From NCBI GenBank assembly GCA_965644295.1, contig CBFFRP010000620.1, positions 5,534 through 69,533 on the forward strand: a DNA stretch of 64,000 nt, read 5' to 3'. Below, piece after piece: positions 46,567-61,206 of this stretch; the stretch's first letter is position 1; every line of letters starts with the position of its first letter. A program made the position numbers and the translations under genes. Origin of the DNA: Paraphysomonas bandaiensis. Taxonomy: Eukaryota; Protista; Chrysophyceae. The notes under the pieces are model-generated. The model worked only from the letters and a program-made list of their open reading frames with translations, made no database searches and was not told where the DNA came from.

Positions 46567-47280
46567 TGTACAAACGCCTGCTGGAGCAGAACCACTGCAG
46601 AGATCATCGACTTGAGATCAACACTGTCCGAGTCCTCATCAATCAGTTATCAATGGCCTCCTCTATCATCATACCCAACCATTATCTTCAGTGATAGGGT
46701 TCTATTGTCCTCCAACTCAACTAACTAACTAACTCAGTTATGGTCTGATGCAGACATAATTGAGAACTCAATGGAGATCTTGAGGATTCTGCTTTTGACT
46801 TGGATGAAAAGGTTCCTATCACTCATTCAATATTTGTAGTCATCAATAGGATGGAGCTGCTAACTACATACCAGGCGGTTGGAGGTCATGCTGTGTTCCT
46901 TTCCATTGACTTCGTGCCCACAGTTGGTCAAGTTTGCCCATAATTATTCAACACAGTTTAGGAATCCACTTTTCTTAATATTTTGACTACAACTAACGTA
47001 TGTGGCCAGTCACTACATCATTAGTGGACTTTTCAAACTTGTGCTTTCCACGCCGTCTCGCATTTCCCTTCCTTTATTGGATCAGTTGTGGCGTCGGCCT
47101 CGTCGTTTTTCCCTTGAAATGGATATATTCAAATATACTTCATCATTTTCCGGTCTTGGAAGTTTGTCGGGCCTATTGTTCTTCAGGTGGTTAACTACTA
47201 CTAGTTTCTTGAACAACTTCTGGATTGAAGTTCGTCACATTGAGCTTCGGCATATTGAAGAAAATCTTATCAGACTCTGA
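46567..47280 (+). other. possible small spliced gene, unidentified
   Basis: Coding-like pieces (MYKRLLEQ..., MELLTTYQAVGGHAVFLSIDF..., ASHYIISGLF...) with GT/AG boundaries; no confident model. Confidence 0.3.
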
Positions 47281-47349
47281 GTTATTGTCGAAAAGAAAAC
47301 AACTCATTCGCTAACAAATAAGGAATTAAGATATTTAGTGAATTGCACG

Positions 47350-47610
47350 TTCCCCATACTGACAGCGAAACTAATTACTGCGTGCGGCCCTCAAGTGGGT
47401 GCTGCTGAGTGCTGCGACCGCGCACCTCTACCTATGCACACATTGCTTAGTTCAGCGCTTCCCCACTCGGGTTCTCACTGCATATTCAGCGCATAATACC
47501 GTGTGATGTATCTAGTTGGGTTCAGTAGGTAGCTAGCTAATAACGTATGGACTTAATCAAGTATTAGTTAGGTAGGCACCCGGCCCCCACCCGGATCTAC
47601 CCCCACCCGG
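47350..47610. mobile_element. MITE family B copy (right end rearranged)
   Basis: TTCCCCATACTGACAGCG... aligns with 2452-2715. Confidence 0.8.
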
Positions 47611-48104
47611 AATGAAGCAGCCCGAATTCGTCTAAGCTTATTATAGTAAAGAAGTGAATATTGATGTAACTTTAAACTTTATAGCTATTTCATAATCACG
47701 AGAATGGACATGATCTAGGATCTAGATGTATGTTGTATGACTGGACACACATAACTCACTGAAACCATAACATAGTAAAGTGTAAAGTATTAACAATAGT
47801 CAGGAGAGCGATGACGAGACTAAGCAAGGAGGTTTAGACTAAATTAAGTGGGACAATTACACCAGTAGCCACTGAGACTGCTTTCTGTTTAATTTTGACG
47901 ACAGCCTGCTGCATTAGATTTCCGCGGAAATTCACGAAGAAAGAAAAAAGAGGTCAATATATCCTTATCTTTATAGCAGAACAGAAATAAATAATATACT
48001 ACGAATAGACCATAGCCTAACAGCACGGTATATAAAACTGTATAGAAATGCATCACCAGACGGTTGAGTTCATATCCGGTGATTGCTTCCGATGAATATT
48101 ACAC

Positions 48105-49368
48105 TTATATCGCTGCTATACTCAAAATTCTTTGTTTCAGATCTTCAGTGTTATTTCGAGGCTTGTTATAATAGCAAAACCAGACCACCGAAAGAGCAAT
48201 GACAGCCACTAATACTGCGGCAGTAACGATGAGTGAAATTTCTACAACGCTTAAGTTGTTGTCCCCCACAGTGTCGTCGTCTTGACCTTGTGGAATTACG
48301 GGGTCATTTGGGTCGTCATTGCCAGAAGGGTCATCCGTTGATGACGGTACGACACCTGTGAGACAGCACAATATTAACGAGCCCTTCAACACATACCAAA
48401 CACAGTGGCTTCATAAATATATATATGGTTTAATAAATCATATTACTCCTATACTCTGTAAGTACCTGGAATATTATCGGACCCATTGCAGTCTGCATAA
48501 AACCATACGTCCAGTCCATCTATGTTGAAGGTGTCGGAGTGTAGAAAAGAATATATTCGTTTGTATACATCCGGGCTAGTCGGTCCAGGTTCCGGCATCG
48601 AAGTATTGGAACCAACACACTGGTCTGCAGATAACGACGCCTCTTGAATGGATTCTCCTACACGTAACCCAATAAGATACTCCATTGAGGAGATGATATA
48701 TGGCACCACATTCAATTGGCAGAAAGGTGACGCTTACCCTCACATGTATCGCTTGTATTGTAGGCTGAGTAGGACAACATGTCATCTTGGCACTCCACCT
48801 GTACACTTAACTCCGGGATCTCAGGAATCTCCGAGCAGCCAGGATTAGCCGCGAACACGACAGCAGGCACATCACATGCAGAGTCTTCGATGTATACCCC
48901 TACAGCAGGCCATCCCTCACTAACAGCTATCGGATCAGACTGACAGCTAACGACACTCCCATTGTGACACTCTGTTGAGAGCTCACTATACGTGAATGAC
49001 GTCACGAAACCCGAACAATCAGAGGTCAAATAGGCCTTAACAGTTGTGAGCAGTTTCTCGCCATCGCTATTACAAGACGTCAGCTTGTAGCTCTCAAACG
49101 TAGGGACTCCTATAGGAACCTTCGAGCAGACTCCAATCTGCGGAGGTAACAATAAAATGACCGTAAGTTATGGACACACACGCATGTATATATCACTGTA
49201 GTTATGCTATACAGACGATCTTACTTGTTTCATTATAGAAAAATCAGTATTATCGGCAGAGCACGTGTCGCTACTGGTAGATATATCCAACACTATCCAA
49301 TCACCGTACAGAGAAGTGAAGTGCATTATTAGCACCAATAATAATCCTTGTGACGCCATTGAAGTCAT
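48105..49368 (-). CDS. Cys-rich type I membrane (cell-surface) protein, multi-exon
   Basis: Signal peptide MTSMASQGLLLVLIMHF, Cys-rich ectodomain exons, D/P-rich stalk, TM helix ISLIVTAAVLVAVIALSVVWFCYY, short tail. Confidence 0.75.
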
Positions 49369-49963
49369 TGAAGTGGAGAAGAATCAACTTCAATCCGAAG
49401 CAAAGTGCTGATATCTCAGAGATAATATATTCACTTCACGACTTCCTTCAGCTCTACCTTACCAACTAACTACCCCACATATAATGATAGTACGTGAAAG
49501 TTGTATGGGATCCAGGCAGGTAGATATGACTGTATGTGAATTTCACCATGTGGATGAGGTATACCTATGCGGTATACTGGTATACCTGCCTGTACGAGGA
49601 TAGTCATAATATATCTGTGGTACCGTATATGGGGAATACGTGTAGAAATTTATAAGTGGTTTCAGATCCACCGCACTGTATTACACGGTATATATGGAAA
49701 TACAGGCCCAGGAGAATGCTGTTGCTGGTACACTGCATTGCTTCATATGAACGGTGTACGTACATATCACCTATACGACTACTGCTGTATAAGTATAGTT
49801 GTGTGTATGTATGTATGGTATGGTGCTCTTGGCTACTGCATATTTTATGCAGTGTGTTGCCATATACATACATGATATTACAGTCTTAAGTATTGACTAG
49901 TTTTGCAACTTGTCTCCGCCACAGATAAATAAATACCTCAACAGTGAGATAATAATTAGCAGA

Positions 49964-51383
49964 ATGTTTAGTAGATTCGCACCTGTTCTGCGCTCTGCTG
50001 CGTATGCTAGCCGTGCCTCGAATAGATGCATATCGCACTCTACTCCTCGCTTGAGTAACTTTAAACCCCTGGCCCAGCACAAGGACACACCCGACAATAA
50101 CGAGGAAACCTACTTCGACTTTACCTCTGATAACTATAAGAGGGTAATTGGCCGCGTGCTATATACAGTACTGATGGCTTATACTATCGACTGGTGTGTA
50201 GGTGGATGCTATATTGGCGCGTTACCCGGATAATTATAGAAAGGCTGCAATGATTCCTTTGTTAGACCTTGCGCAAAGACAGGTATATTGTTATTGATTT
50301 TCTTCTGCAATGTTGAGTTTATGTCACTCAGAATGGTGGTTTCTTGACCCTAGCAGCAATGCAGAAGGTCGCCAGAGTCATTGGGTGTGAAGAAATGGAT
50401 GCCTACGAGGTGGCATCATTCTACACAATGTTCAACCGTACTAGAGTTGGCAAGTATTTTATTCAGGTGAGCAGACCCATTTTACTGCTGGCAGATATAC
50501 GCGACCTGTAATTTCATTTATCCGTTAATGTAAATTTCAATGGCGCGAAGTCATCTTTTACAACGAAACTATTTGTCTTATGAAATGTTGCAGTTGTGTG
50601 GCACCACTCCTTGTATGGTGTGTGGGTCAGAAGAGATAAAGAAAACTATTGAGGATTACTTGGAGATCGAGGTAAGTAATTCATCATTCGTGATACTCCG
50701 CACAGTACGCGCTTTACAATGACATGTGGATGCGCTTATGTGTATACTGATGAATGTACAGGAGGGTGAGTCCACTGAGGATGGCCTCTTTACATTGAGA
50801 GAAGTGGAATGCCTCGGCTCGTGTGCCAATGCCCCGATGATACAGGTAAGAGCGAAGCGCTGCCCCAACTCCATTCCGTATTGTAACAGTTCTTGATTAT
50901 ATATTTCTGGGCTATACTCTCCAATATTTGGTGACTAATTATTTTTTTTGTATAGCTTAATGACGACTACTATGAGTGTCTTACTCCAGAGACGACCATC
51001 GAACTCCTTAAGGCCTGTAAGGAAGGACGTCCCCCACCAATGGGAAAGTGGGGCTCGTTGCCTATGAATGGACAGGTGATATGTCGCACGTATGATGGAG
51101 ATTACAGCTTCTAATGTCGATCCTAACTGTTACGAGATGAATTGTCCTGTATTACAGCTGATGTCCTTTATCCCACTTGCAGGTGAGTTGCGAAGGCCCT
51201 CAGGGAAAAACCTCTCTTTTCGAATCTGCTCCAGGGCCGGGAGCATTCATGAGACCTGATGATGAGCTGCAACCCAAGGTACTTTTGTCCTCTATGCCCT
51301 AATGTATTCCGCATGCTTCGTCTATATGTCTTATAGATATGTAGTGTAATCCTGCAGATGTGAAGAAGCACATGGGATACTAG
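49964..51383 (+). CDS. NDUFV2: mitochondrial complex I 24-kDa subunit (NuoE homologue), multi-exon
   Basis: Transit peptide; HKDTPDNN; [11 protein letters not shown]; [12 protein letters not shown]; [10 protein letters not shown]; [13 protein letters not shown]; ends ADVKKHMGY. Confidence 0.97.
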
Positions 51384-52720
51384 AATCCTGACTGCACTAG
51401 CAAGATCGGCGAGAGAGCAAATTCAGCTGTGTGTGGCGTATTGTGTAGACAGTCGGACAGTCGTGTGAAAATTATCCCCTATACTGAACAAAAATCTAAT
51501 AAGTCATAGCAACTGTTTTAAAAATCAAATTTTCTATCAAATGGACCACTAGAATAATTTATTCGATCCATTAATTCTCAATACTTTTATCCGAGGCACA
51601 TTTATCTCGGCGAAGATATACATTCTGGAAGTAGTATTGTCTTGTTAATTGTTAAAGCTTGGATATATGAGACCTATAATAGTATAGTTGCTAGTTACCC
51701 TAGTCAATATTTCTATCATTGTTATTACTCGACGGTTACGACTTACGACATACAGTAAGTCCGTAATTACTGTTTGGAATTGCTTCAGAAATTACTGCAC
51801 ATCAGAGGGAACAATACTTGCATTTCTGCTTTATTATTAGATATCATAGTAACGTCTAAGAAACCAAGCACTATAAAATACTACAAATATACAGCACAGA
51901 GTAGTAGCGAATTTCGTTCTATTCCTTGTCGGAACTTTCTTTGCTGCCGCCCAAACAAGGTGGACTCTTCGTCACTGTTGAATTCTCTTCCCATTGTTCC
52001 GGTGTTTTCGCCAGAATAGAAAGTGCATGGATATCATTCTTGAGCTCTTCTTGAAGTATTCCATTAACGAGGCGGTGACGAGCAAGATGATTTTGACCTT
52101 CAAAGGCAGCAGAGACGATAACAACTGCAAGACAGCAGCATGTAAGACAACTCTCGCTTTATATGAACAAAAAGAAAATACTGATATTCACCTTTAAAAT
52201 GACTCTCTGAACCTTCTGGAACATTATGCTTATGGCTCTCATTGATAACATCCTGCACACACACATCTCAGCAATAAACAAACTGAAAAGAAATCAGCGT
52301 ACAAGAAAGAGGGGGTTGAGAGCTGAGAGCTTATTTCTTATGGAAATAGAAACTCTTCCTGCTGCTGTCATCATGATTCAGGATTCCACCAATGAGGTGA
52401 TATATGTGTATTGCTGGGTATGATAATGATGTGATGAGATGAGTGCCTCATACTGCTGCCTGGGCTGAGAAGAGACACGCACAGACATATACAAGCACCG
52501 TATATACAGTATATATACCTCTATGACATACAGTGCAGTATTACAGGTACTACAGTGTATTCCTATGATGATCTCGATGCTGTCTGTATGTATGTATATG
52601 TGTAAGCTGTGTATGTGTATGTGAGTATATTGAACAGATCTGTTAGAGACAGACAGACAGATACTCTATACTGCAGACCCCCCTCCGACTGAGTCCCTTC
52701 GGCTCATACCAGGTCGATCA

Positions 52721-54077
52721 ATGTCTGAAATAGAGCTCGGTGACTGCTTATCGTTAAACTTCCCCCCTCAGCTGTCTGGAGTGGTCAGTCCTTCAGGTGA
52801 GCCCTGTGTATGTATATGCATACATATATGTATGTATAGAGAGATACACACACATATATATGATATTGGCTCACTCTTGTCTGTGTACGTACAGCCTGGG
52901 AAAGCATCAAAAAGAGTTTCCGTAACACGTATGATCAGGTGCACTCCTCTCTATGCTGCGGAGAGTTCCTGTGCTGCGTGTGCTGCTTCGGGTTTCTTCC
53001 TATTCCTTTCTTGTGTCATCCCTGTATAGCTCATGGTATTCTCTCGAGCACTATTCAGACGTAAGCTCATGAGTTTATATATGTGTTTCACTGTTTGCAC
53101 TGAATTTTGAGTATTTCTGCACATTGTGATTCCGTATATTCGTGATTATTGTATAAGCCTAAATTGCGTCGTGCATATCATTGTAGGCAGTGCAACAATA
53201 TAAACAAGGAATATTTCTCTGGTCGGCGTGTATTCTACACTCGGAGTAACAAAATATATCTGAGTCAATTGGAGCTCAACACATTCACTCGACCCTATGA
53301 AAGCCCTGTGCTTGCTGAGGCAGTGGTTTTTGGACAAGCACCCGTTGTTCAAGTGGCGGAGGTTGTTGTTTCTCCTGTATTTGACAATGGTAGCAGCTCC
53401 CCGAGTGACTCTACGGGTGTTAATTACTCGTCTGTTAGCTCTACAAGTCAGGTTAGTACCACACCCATGTGCCCCCAAGAGGTTGAAGAATATATGCTTA
53501 TAACACGAAATACATTATTGCAATCATCATTACAGAGAGCGCTTGACTCTATTCGTTATTGATTATGCTGTCATTGGTTCTTTTACGAATTTTATATTGT
53601 TATATAGTGTCGAGAAGAAGAACCCCAATCATCATCAACGAATCAGGTTCACCCACTTTGTTAACGTTTTCTTCACGTTTTGACTATTTTTTCAGTACCA
53701 AGAAGAAGATCCTCCACCCGCATCCACTAACACGGTTTGTTTTGTTTTAGTGCGTTGTGCTCTTGGTTGATAGATTGTTCAGTACCAGGAAGAGGACCTA
53801 CCCCAAGCTGCAGGTGCAGGACGTTCTCTGCCGGGCAATACGGGTTCGGTGAGAAATTCAGAATCGTTTTTATAACCGTCGAAGTCATTTATTCGTGAAT
53901 ACATATGCATCGCCATTATTTTTATTTTTATTTATGCTGTTGTATCGATAGATAACTGTCCCTGGTGGATACTCCCCGGGACAAGTTCTTGATACCACTG
54001 CTCCATCTGGAGCTCGTGTGACCATTACGATACCGCCCGACGCCAAACCCGGGGACATTCTCAATTACTCTTATTAA
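52721..54077 (+). CDS. hypothetical Cys-rich membrane-associated protein (weakly Erf4/GOLGA7-like) with a C-terminal VPxGxxPGQ module, spliced
   Basis: Exons FPPQLSGVVSP / AWESIKKSF...EFLCCVCCFGFLPIPFLCHPC / QCNNINKEYF... / ITVPGGYSPGQVL...IPPDAKPGDIL. Confidence 0.55.
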
Positions 54078-54365
54078 ATATGGAGATATGTGCAGTCTAT
54101 TTGGGCAAGTTAGAGTTGAAGGCGACAGTCAGAGAGTCTTCAAATGTATTGAGATATGGTACTCAAGTAAGATAATGGACTCGTAGTTGATTATTAGTTG
54201 TCGATAAGAAAATGTTATTACTTTTTTAATTGGTTTACCAGTTTCCGAGTGTCAAGTAATCTAAGTTAATATAGTCAATTCGTACTTATGATATTTTTTG
54301 TTTAAAATTAGAAAAGCGATTTTACTTACAACCACAATCAGGTTTGAAATACAGTAAAAAAAAGT

Positions 54366-54415
54366 GGGAAATATTATTCAACCTAGTCAAATTGGTTGAA
54401 TTACCTAGTAACACT
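54366..54415. mobile_element. MITE-like family C terminal fragment
   Basis: GGGAAATATTATTCAACCTAGTCAAATTGGTTGAATTACCTAGT. Confidence 0.65.
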
Positions 54416-54897
54416 ATCGTTAAGAACAGATATATTCGACATATCAATGCTGGTAATATTCACAGCGTACATGAGGCCAACAGAGAGCTTATACAGCAGA
54501 AGATCATCAGCTCGAGTGCCATCTACATCGAATGAACGTCTCTGTGTTCGAGTGAGAGCAGGCCTTCAACGATGACCATGTGTTGTCGACGGTCTGGCTT
54601 GATATTGCACTGCAACTGCATTGTGATGTGTGTTCTTGTTGACCAGGGGGATCATCTACAGTCTACAGCAGTACTCGTACTGTTGTACTGCTGCATGAAT
54701 AGTACTGCTGTACATACGACATGGGTATATGTACCTATGTACTGTCCAGAGGAGTACACGTACCTCAGAGTGTTGCGTACCTATACACATCACTGGTATT
54801 ACAGTACCTCTCAGTCTATTGCACTGCACTGTGAGTGCTCAGCACTCGAACAGCTTGAAGGCACACAGCTCTGCTCTGACTTTAGAGCACAGCAGTC

Positions 54898-57614
54898 ATG
54901 AACTCAACAACTTATGTGCGCAACTTCACCTACGATGATCCGTACATACAGGAGGAGCAGCAGGTGGAGTCAGTGAAGTGTGTGAGTGTGGACCCCAGCG
55001 GACAGCTATGCGCTCTGGTCATACATAAGAATAAGGACACTAAGAGAGAGGGAGAGGGAGAGGAGGGGGGGGCAGAGGTTGAGAAGGAGGTTGAGAGGGA
55101 GGAAAAGGATGAGATGAGCATATGGAGTATGTGTGGGGGGGTGGGGGAGGTGTACCGTATGAGTGTTGGTGTGTTGAGAGGGCCTGTAGAGGTGATGTGG
55201 GCTCAAGACAGCTCACTCATACTCACAGCGACTGTGTGCTCCTCCCACAGAGATACAGACGGAGAGAGGGACTCATGCGGCAGTGAGATGGATGTGAATA
55301 TATGGCGACTGGGAGTGGGGGGCAGTGAGCCCGTCTATTCTTTGAGGTGAGTCCACTCAGAATGGTCTCTTTATTCACTGCTTAATACATTTTTATGGGC
55401 AGAATTTCGTCAAGATGGCATATCAACTTTCTTCCCAGTGAATATCTGTCTCTACTGATGCATAATGGTGATGGTAACCCTATGGTACTCTCACTGCAAG
55501 AGGATATCCACATGCGTGTGTGTCGTATAGACTGTGTAGACTCAGACCAGTACATGATTGAAAATGTGCACGAACTAAAACTGGATTATGCTACTGATAC
55601 TAGTCAGACAAAGTCCGCGTATATTGACACCAGTCGTGTAAGGGGTGAGACTTTTACCGAATCTAGTGGAGCCGTAGTTTGCATGGTTTGTCAATCTTCG
55701 CTGATAAATAGTTGCGGTGATGTATTCGTGGTCAATCGTTTCTCTAAATCTTCATTCAGACTACTTAAACTTGATAGCATCGTGAATCATGTGTTGCATA
55801 GCATTGATATCAGCCCAGCAGAAGAGGATGTTCATGAAATGTCCTCTCTGAGCCATTACATGGATCTCAATTTTGACCAGTCGCAGCTACTCGTGTGTTC
55901 GAGTAGCAATGACTCAGAAGTTAGTTCGAAGAATATTTTGAGAATTGTATCAACCGCTGATATGTCAATTTTAATGGTAATGCCTCCGCCTGTTCTGGCT
56001 CCGATATCTGGATGCTGTGTGTTGCAGCCAACTGTGGGGGTCTCGACATCGTTTCATACATGTATTGTGTTATCTTGTTCGGGTACGAATGGGGGACTGC
56101 ATGAGTTACGTTGGGCAGAGCATGAACATGAAAAAATGGACACTGATGACGTTGAAGGTAGAGAACGCGAACATCTGAAAGTAGAGGTTGATGTCAAATC
56201 TCTATACAAAGGTAGCGTAAGTTGTATTTCTGCCTCCTCAAGATACGCCACCTTGTGTGCCCTCACTACACCTGATTGTGATGCTAGCACTTCGACTTGT
56301 GTAGTATTTGCTCCGCAACTGCCAGTATCTGACTATCCGGGGCCAATGTATCCTCCCGGCTATGTGGTTCTGAATGCTGCTGTATCCTACGATGAGGCCG
56401 AAGATGAGTTCGATATTCCTATAGAGACAATATTTAGTGGGCTCGGAGACAGATCTTCGAACGGTAGACAAAGGGGGCAAAGACACGCTCAGGATATAGA
56501 TGTATGCTCTCTGACTCCCTTAGCTGGTGAACTGACGGAAATACTTCACGGGTCTGCCGATAGCACATTAGAGTGCGATACGCTTCATCGTGACTTAATT
56601 CATGAGCAGAAAATGTGTAGTGATATGGAATTCAGGCGCAAGTGGAGCAGTAGTGGTGGGTGGACCCCTGAACGACGCATTCTAACTGATGTCGCTGAGG
56701 AGGCTCTTTCAAATGCCCTCACGGTTTCTCCGTCAGGGAATCAGGAAAATTCAACAGGGTTTAGCCAAGCCAATGTGTTGCCACCTAAAGTTGCGTCTGG
56801 AGAGTTGGCTCGTGAATTGGACATTGCTGAAGAGGTGAGATCAGTGTTTCTATATCAGCTGGATGTTTTGGTGTACAGCTCTGTGCAATCCCATTTGCAT
56901 GTGGTAATTGATGTTTGCATATATTAGTACTGTGAAATATAATTCTGCAGTATGCAACCACTATGTTGTTCTATATTTAAGTGCTACTTTAGTCAATGTT
57001 GTGTAACGATGTATATTCACAGGACTCTATGAAGATAAGGACACTGTTAGGTAATCGAGAACGCGTGGAGGCCACTCTGATGAAAATAAAGGTTAGATAG
57101 CGTGATTATGCTATAGTACCAGTCTCTCTAACAACGTGTGAATATTAATAGGAGGTTGATGATGAGCGCAAGCGAGTAATGGCTGAGAAACGTGAGACTA
57201 AGAAGCGCCGAAGGGTACAGAAAATGTTGATATATTCCCGCTACTTCTATAGCTTTGAATGTTTAGTATTATATACATATACTATTATACTATATATATA
57301 GACACTTATCAATAGATTATGCATGGGTAGTGACATTAATGTAGGAGCAGTTGGAAAAGGAAACACAACAGACTGATATGCAGCAGACTGCTGGGAGTAG
57401 TCAAGCTGTTTACCCTGATATGCCTCCCCCCTCTATTCCAAGCACTGCGACTGTGGAGCCGCAGGTATCTGTTTCCACTAGTGGTCCTCCACTAGAAACA
57501 GAAGGAGTAACTGGTACAGTTGGTGTGAATGGAAATACGGAAAGAGTGCCCATAGTGAAGGAAGAGCTACCTAGTGCTGGAAAGCCAGTTGATAAGGTCG
57601 TACCCTCTGACTGA
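54898..57614 (+). CDS. divergent WD40 protein, RBBP5/Swd1-like (COMPASS subunit candidate), multi-exon
   Basis: Beta-propeller-like segments followed by YPPGYVVLNAAVSYDEAEDEFDI, resembling the RbBP5 FAPDF...VEYEERESEFDI segment. Confidence 0.55.
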
Positions 57615-58709
57615 ATGTCTCCTTATGGTGACGATATATACTGGAGATCGCATTTATGTTAGTATATAGAAGTAGAATATCTTGCTAGCTTACAATAGCG
57701 TGTGTAACAATTTAGTATTTCCGCAACTTGTGACCTATGATTAGTGCTATTGCAATAAAATAATGGTGTTCGTTGTTTTATCCATGTCTCAAAAGTGCTG
57801 GGCATGCTACTTTGATTATTATGCACGTAGTGGTGCCAATACACGAAAGAAAACTGTCACACATCAAAATATATATTATACACCTCTGAACAAGAGAAAA
57901 TACAGCAAGTGTACAAGTATGAAGTATGGATCGGTTAAAAAGTACATAGCTCGACTTGTCCTAAAGATATAAAGATTAAAGTTATAATAGAGGAATAAAG
58001 ATTAAAGATGGTTCATATTTGGAATGCATATTCACCAACTAGATGTCTGGAATGCATTCTTTTATGCAAATATTGAAAATGATGAAATGTGCACATGTGA
58101 CAACAGACTTTGAACTGCCAGCAGGACATTATTTCAAATTTGAGAAGTCGATGTATGATTTACGTGGTGCGATGATGGAAACATCTCAGTCGATTTATTA
58201 AGTCTCGATGTATACTTGAACCCTGTCTCTATCATATATATCATTTAAAAAAAAGAGAACGCACACTTCTCACTACTAAAATGTAATATTCGATCGAACA
58301 ATAATATCTCAAGAAGATTAATTCCAAGTTTGTGAGAAGTTTTATATGATAGACAATTGTGAAGTGGTGCCCTTTCTGAACGTCAGAGTTACCACAATAT
58401 ACGACAGAGCACCCCTGCTTCTCTTCGTGCGTACACAAAGATAGTATTTAAGCAGTACGACAAGATCAGGAAACCTCCACTATCATCTAATACTGCACAG
58501 AAACTACAGATCAAAATACAAAATTAAACCCAGAGGAGCGAGCCTGCGTCGACAGTTATCAATATTGTAGTCTGCATATATATTGAAGTAGCCGTAGATA
58601 AATTGTACTACTTGCAGTGCATCAAATACTACCGTTAAATACGTATATTGTAGCTACTAGTAGCTAGTAGCTAAATCTGATATTGAGTGAATCTAAAAGC
58701 GATGATGTA

Positions 58710-58850
58710 TATGGGGTTAAAGTGTACCCTGACCCTTCTTATACTGACTGCCACACAAAATTATGATTAATAAAATGATAAAACTGTGTGCAGTGTGCAT
58801 ACATCCAAATTCCAAACTTCTATGCTAACAGATAATTGGCAACATTTACC
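58710..58850. repeat. old dispersed repeat family D copy
   Basis: Aligns with ~1985-2095. Confidence 0.45.
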
Positions 58851-59492
58851 AATGATAATTGAAATTATCATTCTAAAGCCAATTAATTATACAGAACAGC
58901 CCGGAATTAAATATAACTATATATTTTTTAAATTGTCTGAAAAGTATTAGATGACACGGCCTGAGAGTGACAGAGTGACGACACTATTCTTATTAGAAAA
59001 TGACACTTGCACTTTATTTTAGAGTGAAACAGTACATCATGTCGACTGTAAAATCAGTTCGGCATTACTACTGAGAAATAAAGAATACCTGCCAATCAAA
59101 TCATTTGGTATTAGTATGTTACTCACGATTCGAGTATATAACTATTTTACATTTCAGCTACTTTGCGACCTGCCCACATATAAAGTTGCAGACTGACGTT
59201 GACACCCATCGCTAGGCAAGCACAAAGCAAGAAAGACATAGGCAGAAATACAGTCGTGAGAGCTACTAATATAAGCACAGCAGCTCATCGTCACGAACAG
59301 CTACATGACCAGTTACTCAATCAGCACCACACGAAAAAACAATTCAACTTCTACTACGCCATAAAATAACTCAACTACCGCGCACCTCACTGTTATGATT
59401 TCTGATGCCCATAGGTGCATTAAAAATACACCAAAGTGCTCTCATCTACAACAGAAAGAAATATGCGGTATAGTCGAGGTTGATAACTTTTG

Positions 59493-61206
59493 CTATTTTC
59501 TTGAGCCAGATGTGCAAGGTTGGATGATCATGACGATTCCTGTCGCGTTATCTGCCTGGTTGCCAAAGTTCCTGTTCGCGTGCACAGCATTGGCATCAAT
59601 AAGTGCCTTGGATATGTGCTTGGTGTACTTGAGACCATCTTCCTCATCAGTAGAAGAGCTTTCGTCGATTTTACTCTCGATGCGTTTCGCTTTTGAGCGT
59701 AGTTCAGGGTTAACCACGAAACTGGTGACATCATCATACTCCCAGTTATCCCAAATACCATCACTGGCGAGCACGACTGCTAGGTACGGCGAGGAGCTAA
59801 GATCTTCGTTCGATTCCTCGAGGGACTCGAATATGGGCTTAAGATCTATGCTTGTTACCTCGGGGTAGTGGGTCACACCTGTACAGAAGCAGTCACAAAT
59901 AGTATTCACATTCATTGAGATTACGCCATTCAAATACGCAATGCGCAAACATCATGCACTGCGAACACATATATAATGCACCCAGATACACATATATTTA
60001 TAAGTTGACTCCAAAGATCAGGAAACATGTGATCTAGCGTACCGTATAGATGTAAGTGAAAATCGCCTATAGATCGGGTAAATGCAAGAGCATCCTGAAA
60101 TCGTGCATACGAGGGAGCAGCAACCAGCGAAGCCCATTCATGTCTTACGTTCTTATAATAGCTGTTCATTCCATTACAACCATATCGTGAAAAATACATC
60201 CGACTAATAAGACGTATACTTGCGAGCTATATAATAACCCATATATCTTCTACAAAAGCTTGCACGATAATTGGAGAAAAGAGACAATACGTACAACATG
60301 CCACCATACTATACAGTGTCACATGATATAGTAGAGTTTATATTATATGACACATACATACCCAGACTACATAGAAATACTATAACAAAATGAGTATCCA
60401 ATTCTACTATGGTATCCTTACCTTCCCCTATTCGTTACCACAGGATCGCCGTTCGCATCCAGTGAAAATACGGGAGAACATCGTGATTTATCGTGAGTTG
60501 ACGCATCGTAGACTACCAGCAGTGATGGCTGAGTTGGATCCCCTTCCCTGTGTCTGAAGTTCCTCATCCGAATAAATTCTTCTGGGCTCTCGGGGGAATG
60601 TTCGGCGGTTAAAACAACAGTACTTACAGGTGTGTCATCAGTGGACATGTTAGGATGTCGCTTGTTACCGATAGCTGAATCGCCAACATGTTTCACCATA
60701 CTCTGAGCTAAAATAGCACGCGATGAACACAAAATACCACTCGAATCCCCCACATTTGCTGTATAAAGTGTGGTGTTTACTAACGCGACTAGGGAACAAC
60801 TGGTGCCGCCGTGAACACAGGCCCACGGGTGGGATGAACTTTTCCTCTTAACTAAATATTCTTCAGCTGTGTTCTGGACCTCCCATCCCTTTCCCCGCAA
60901 CACTCGAATGAAAGACTCCCTTATAGCCTCATGTGACTGGACGATCCCCTGTACGAGACACGTGTACGGGTCCTCCAACAGCTCGTCGACATGCTCCTCG
61001 AAATAACTCAAAAGAAACTTCCGTCCCGTCTCTGAGGCCGTCTGTCCCACGTCCCTCCCGTGTCCGTCCAGGACACCGAGGACACATATCCCTAGAGCCG
61101 GTCTGTCGAATATAAACATGTCGTCCTGGTTCTCTCTGGAGCCCCCGATATCTGTGTCTCCATAGGCCCGCCACGATAAACTAACACCTCCTTTGGGTGA
61201 TGCCAT
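59493..61206 (-). CDS. PP2C/PPM-family protein phosphatase, three exons
   Basis: RENQDD, VLDGHG, GGTSC, ANVGDS, EHSP, LAFTRSIGD, LASDGIWD, ADNAT. Confidence 0.95.
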
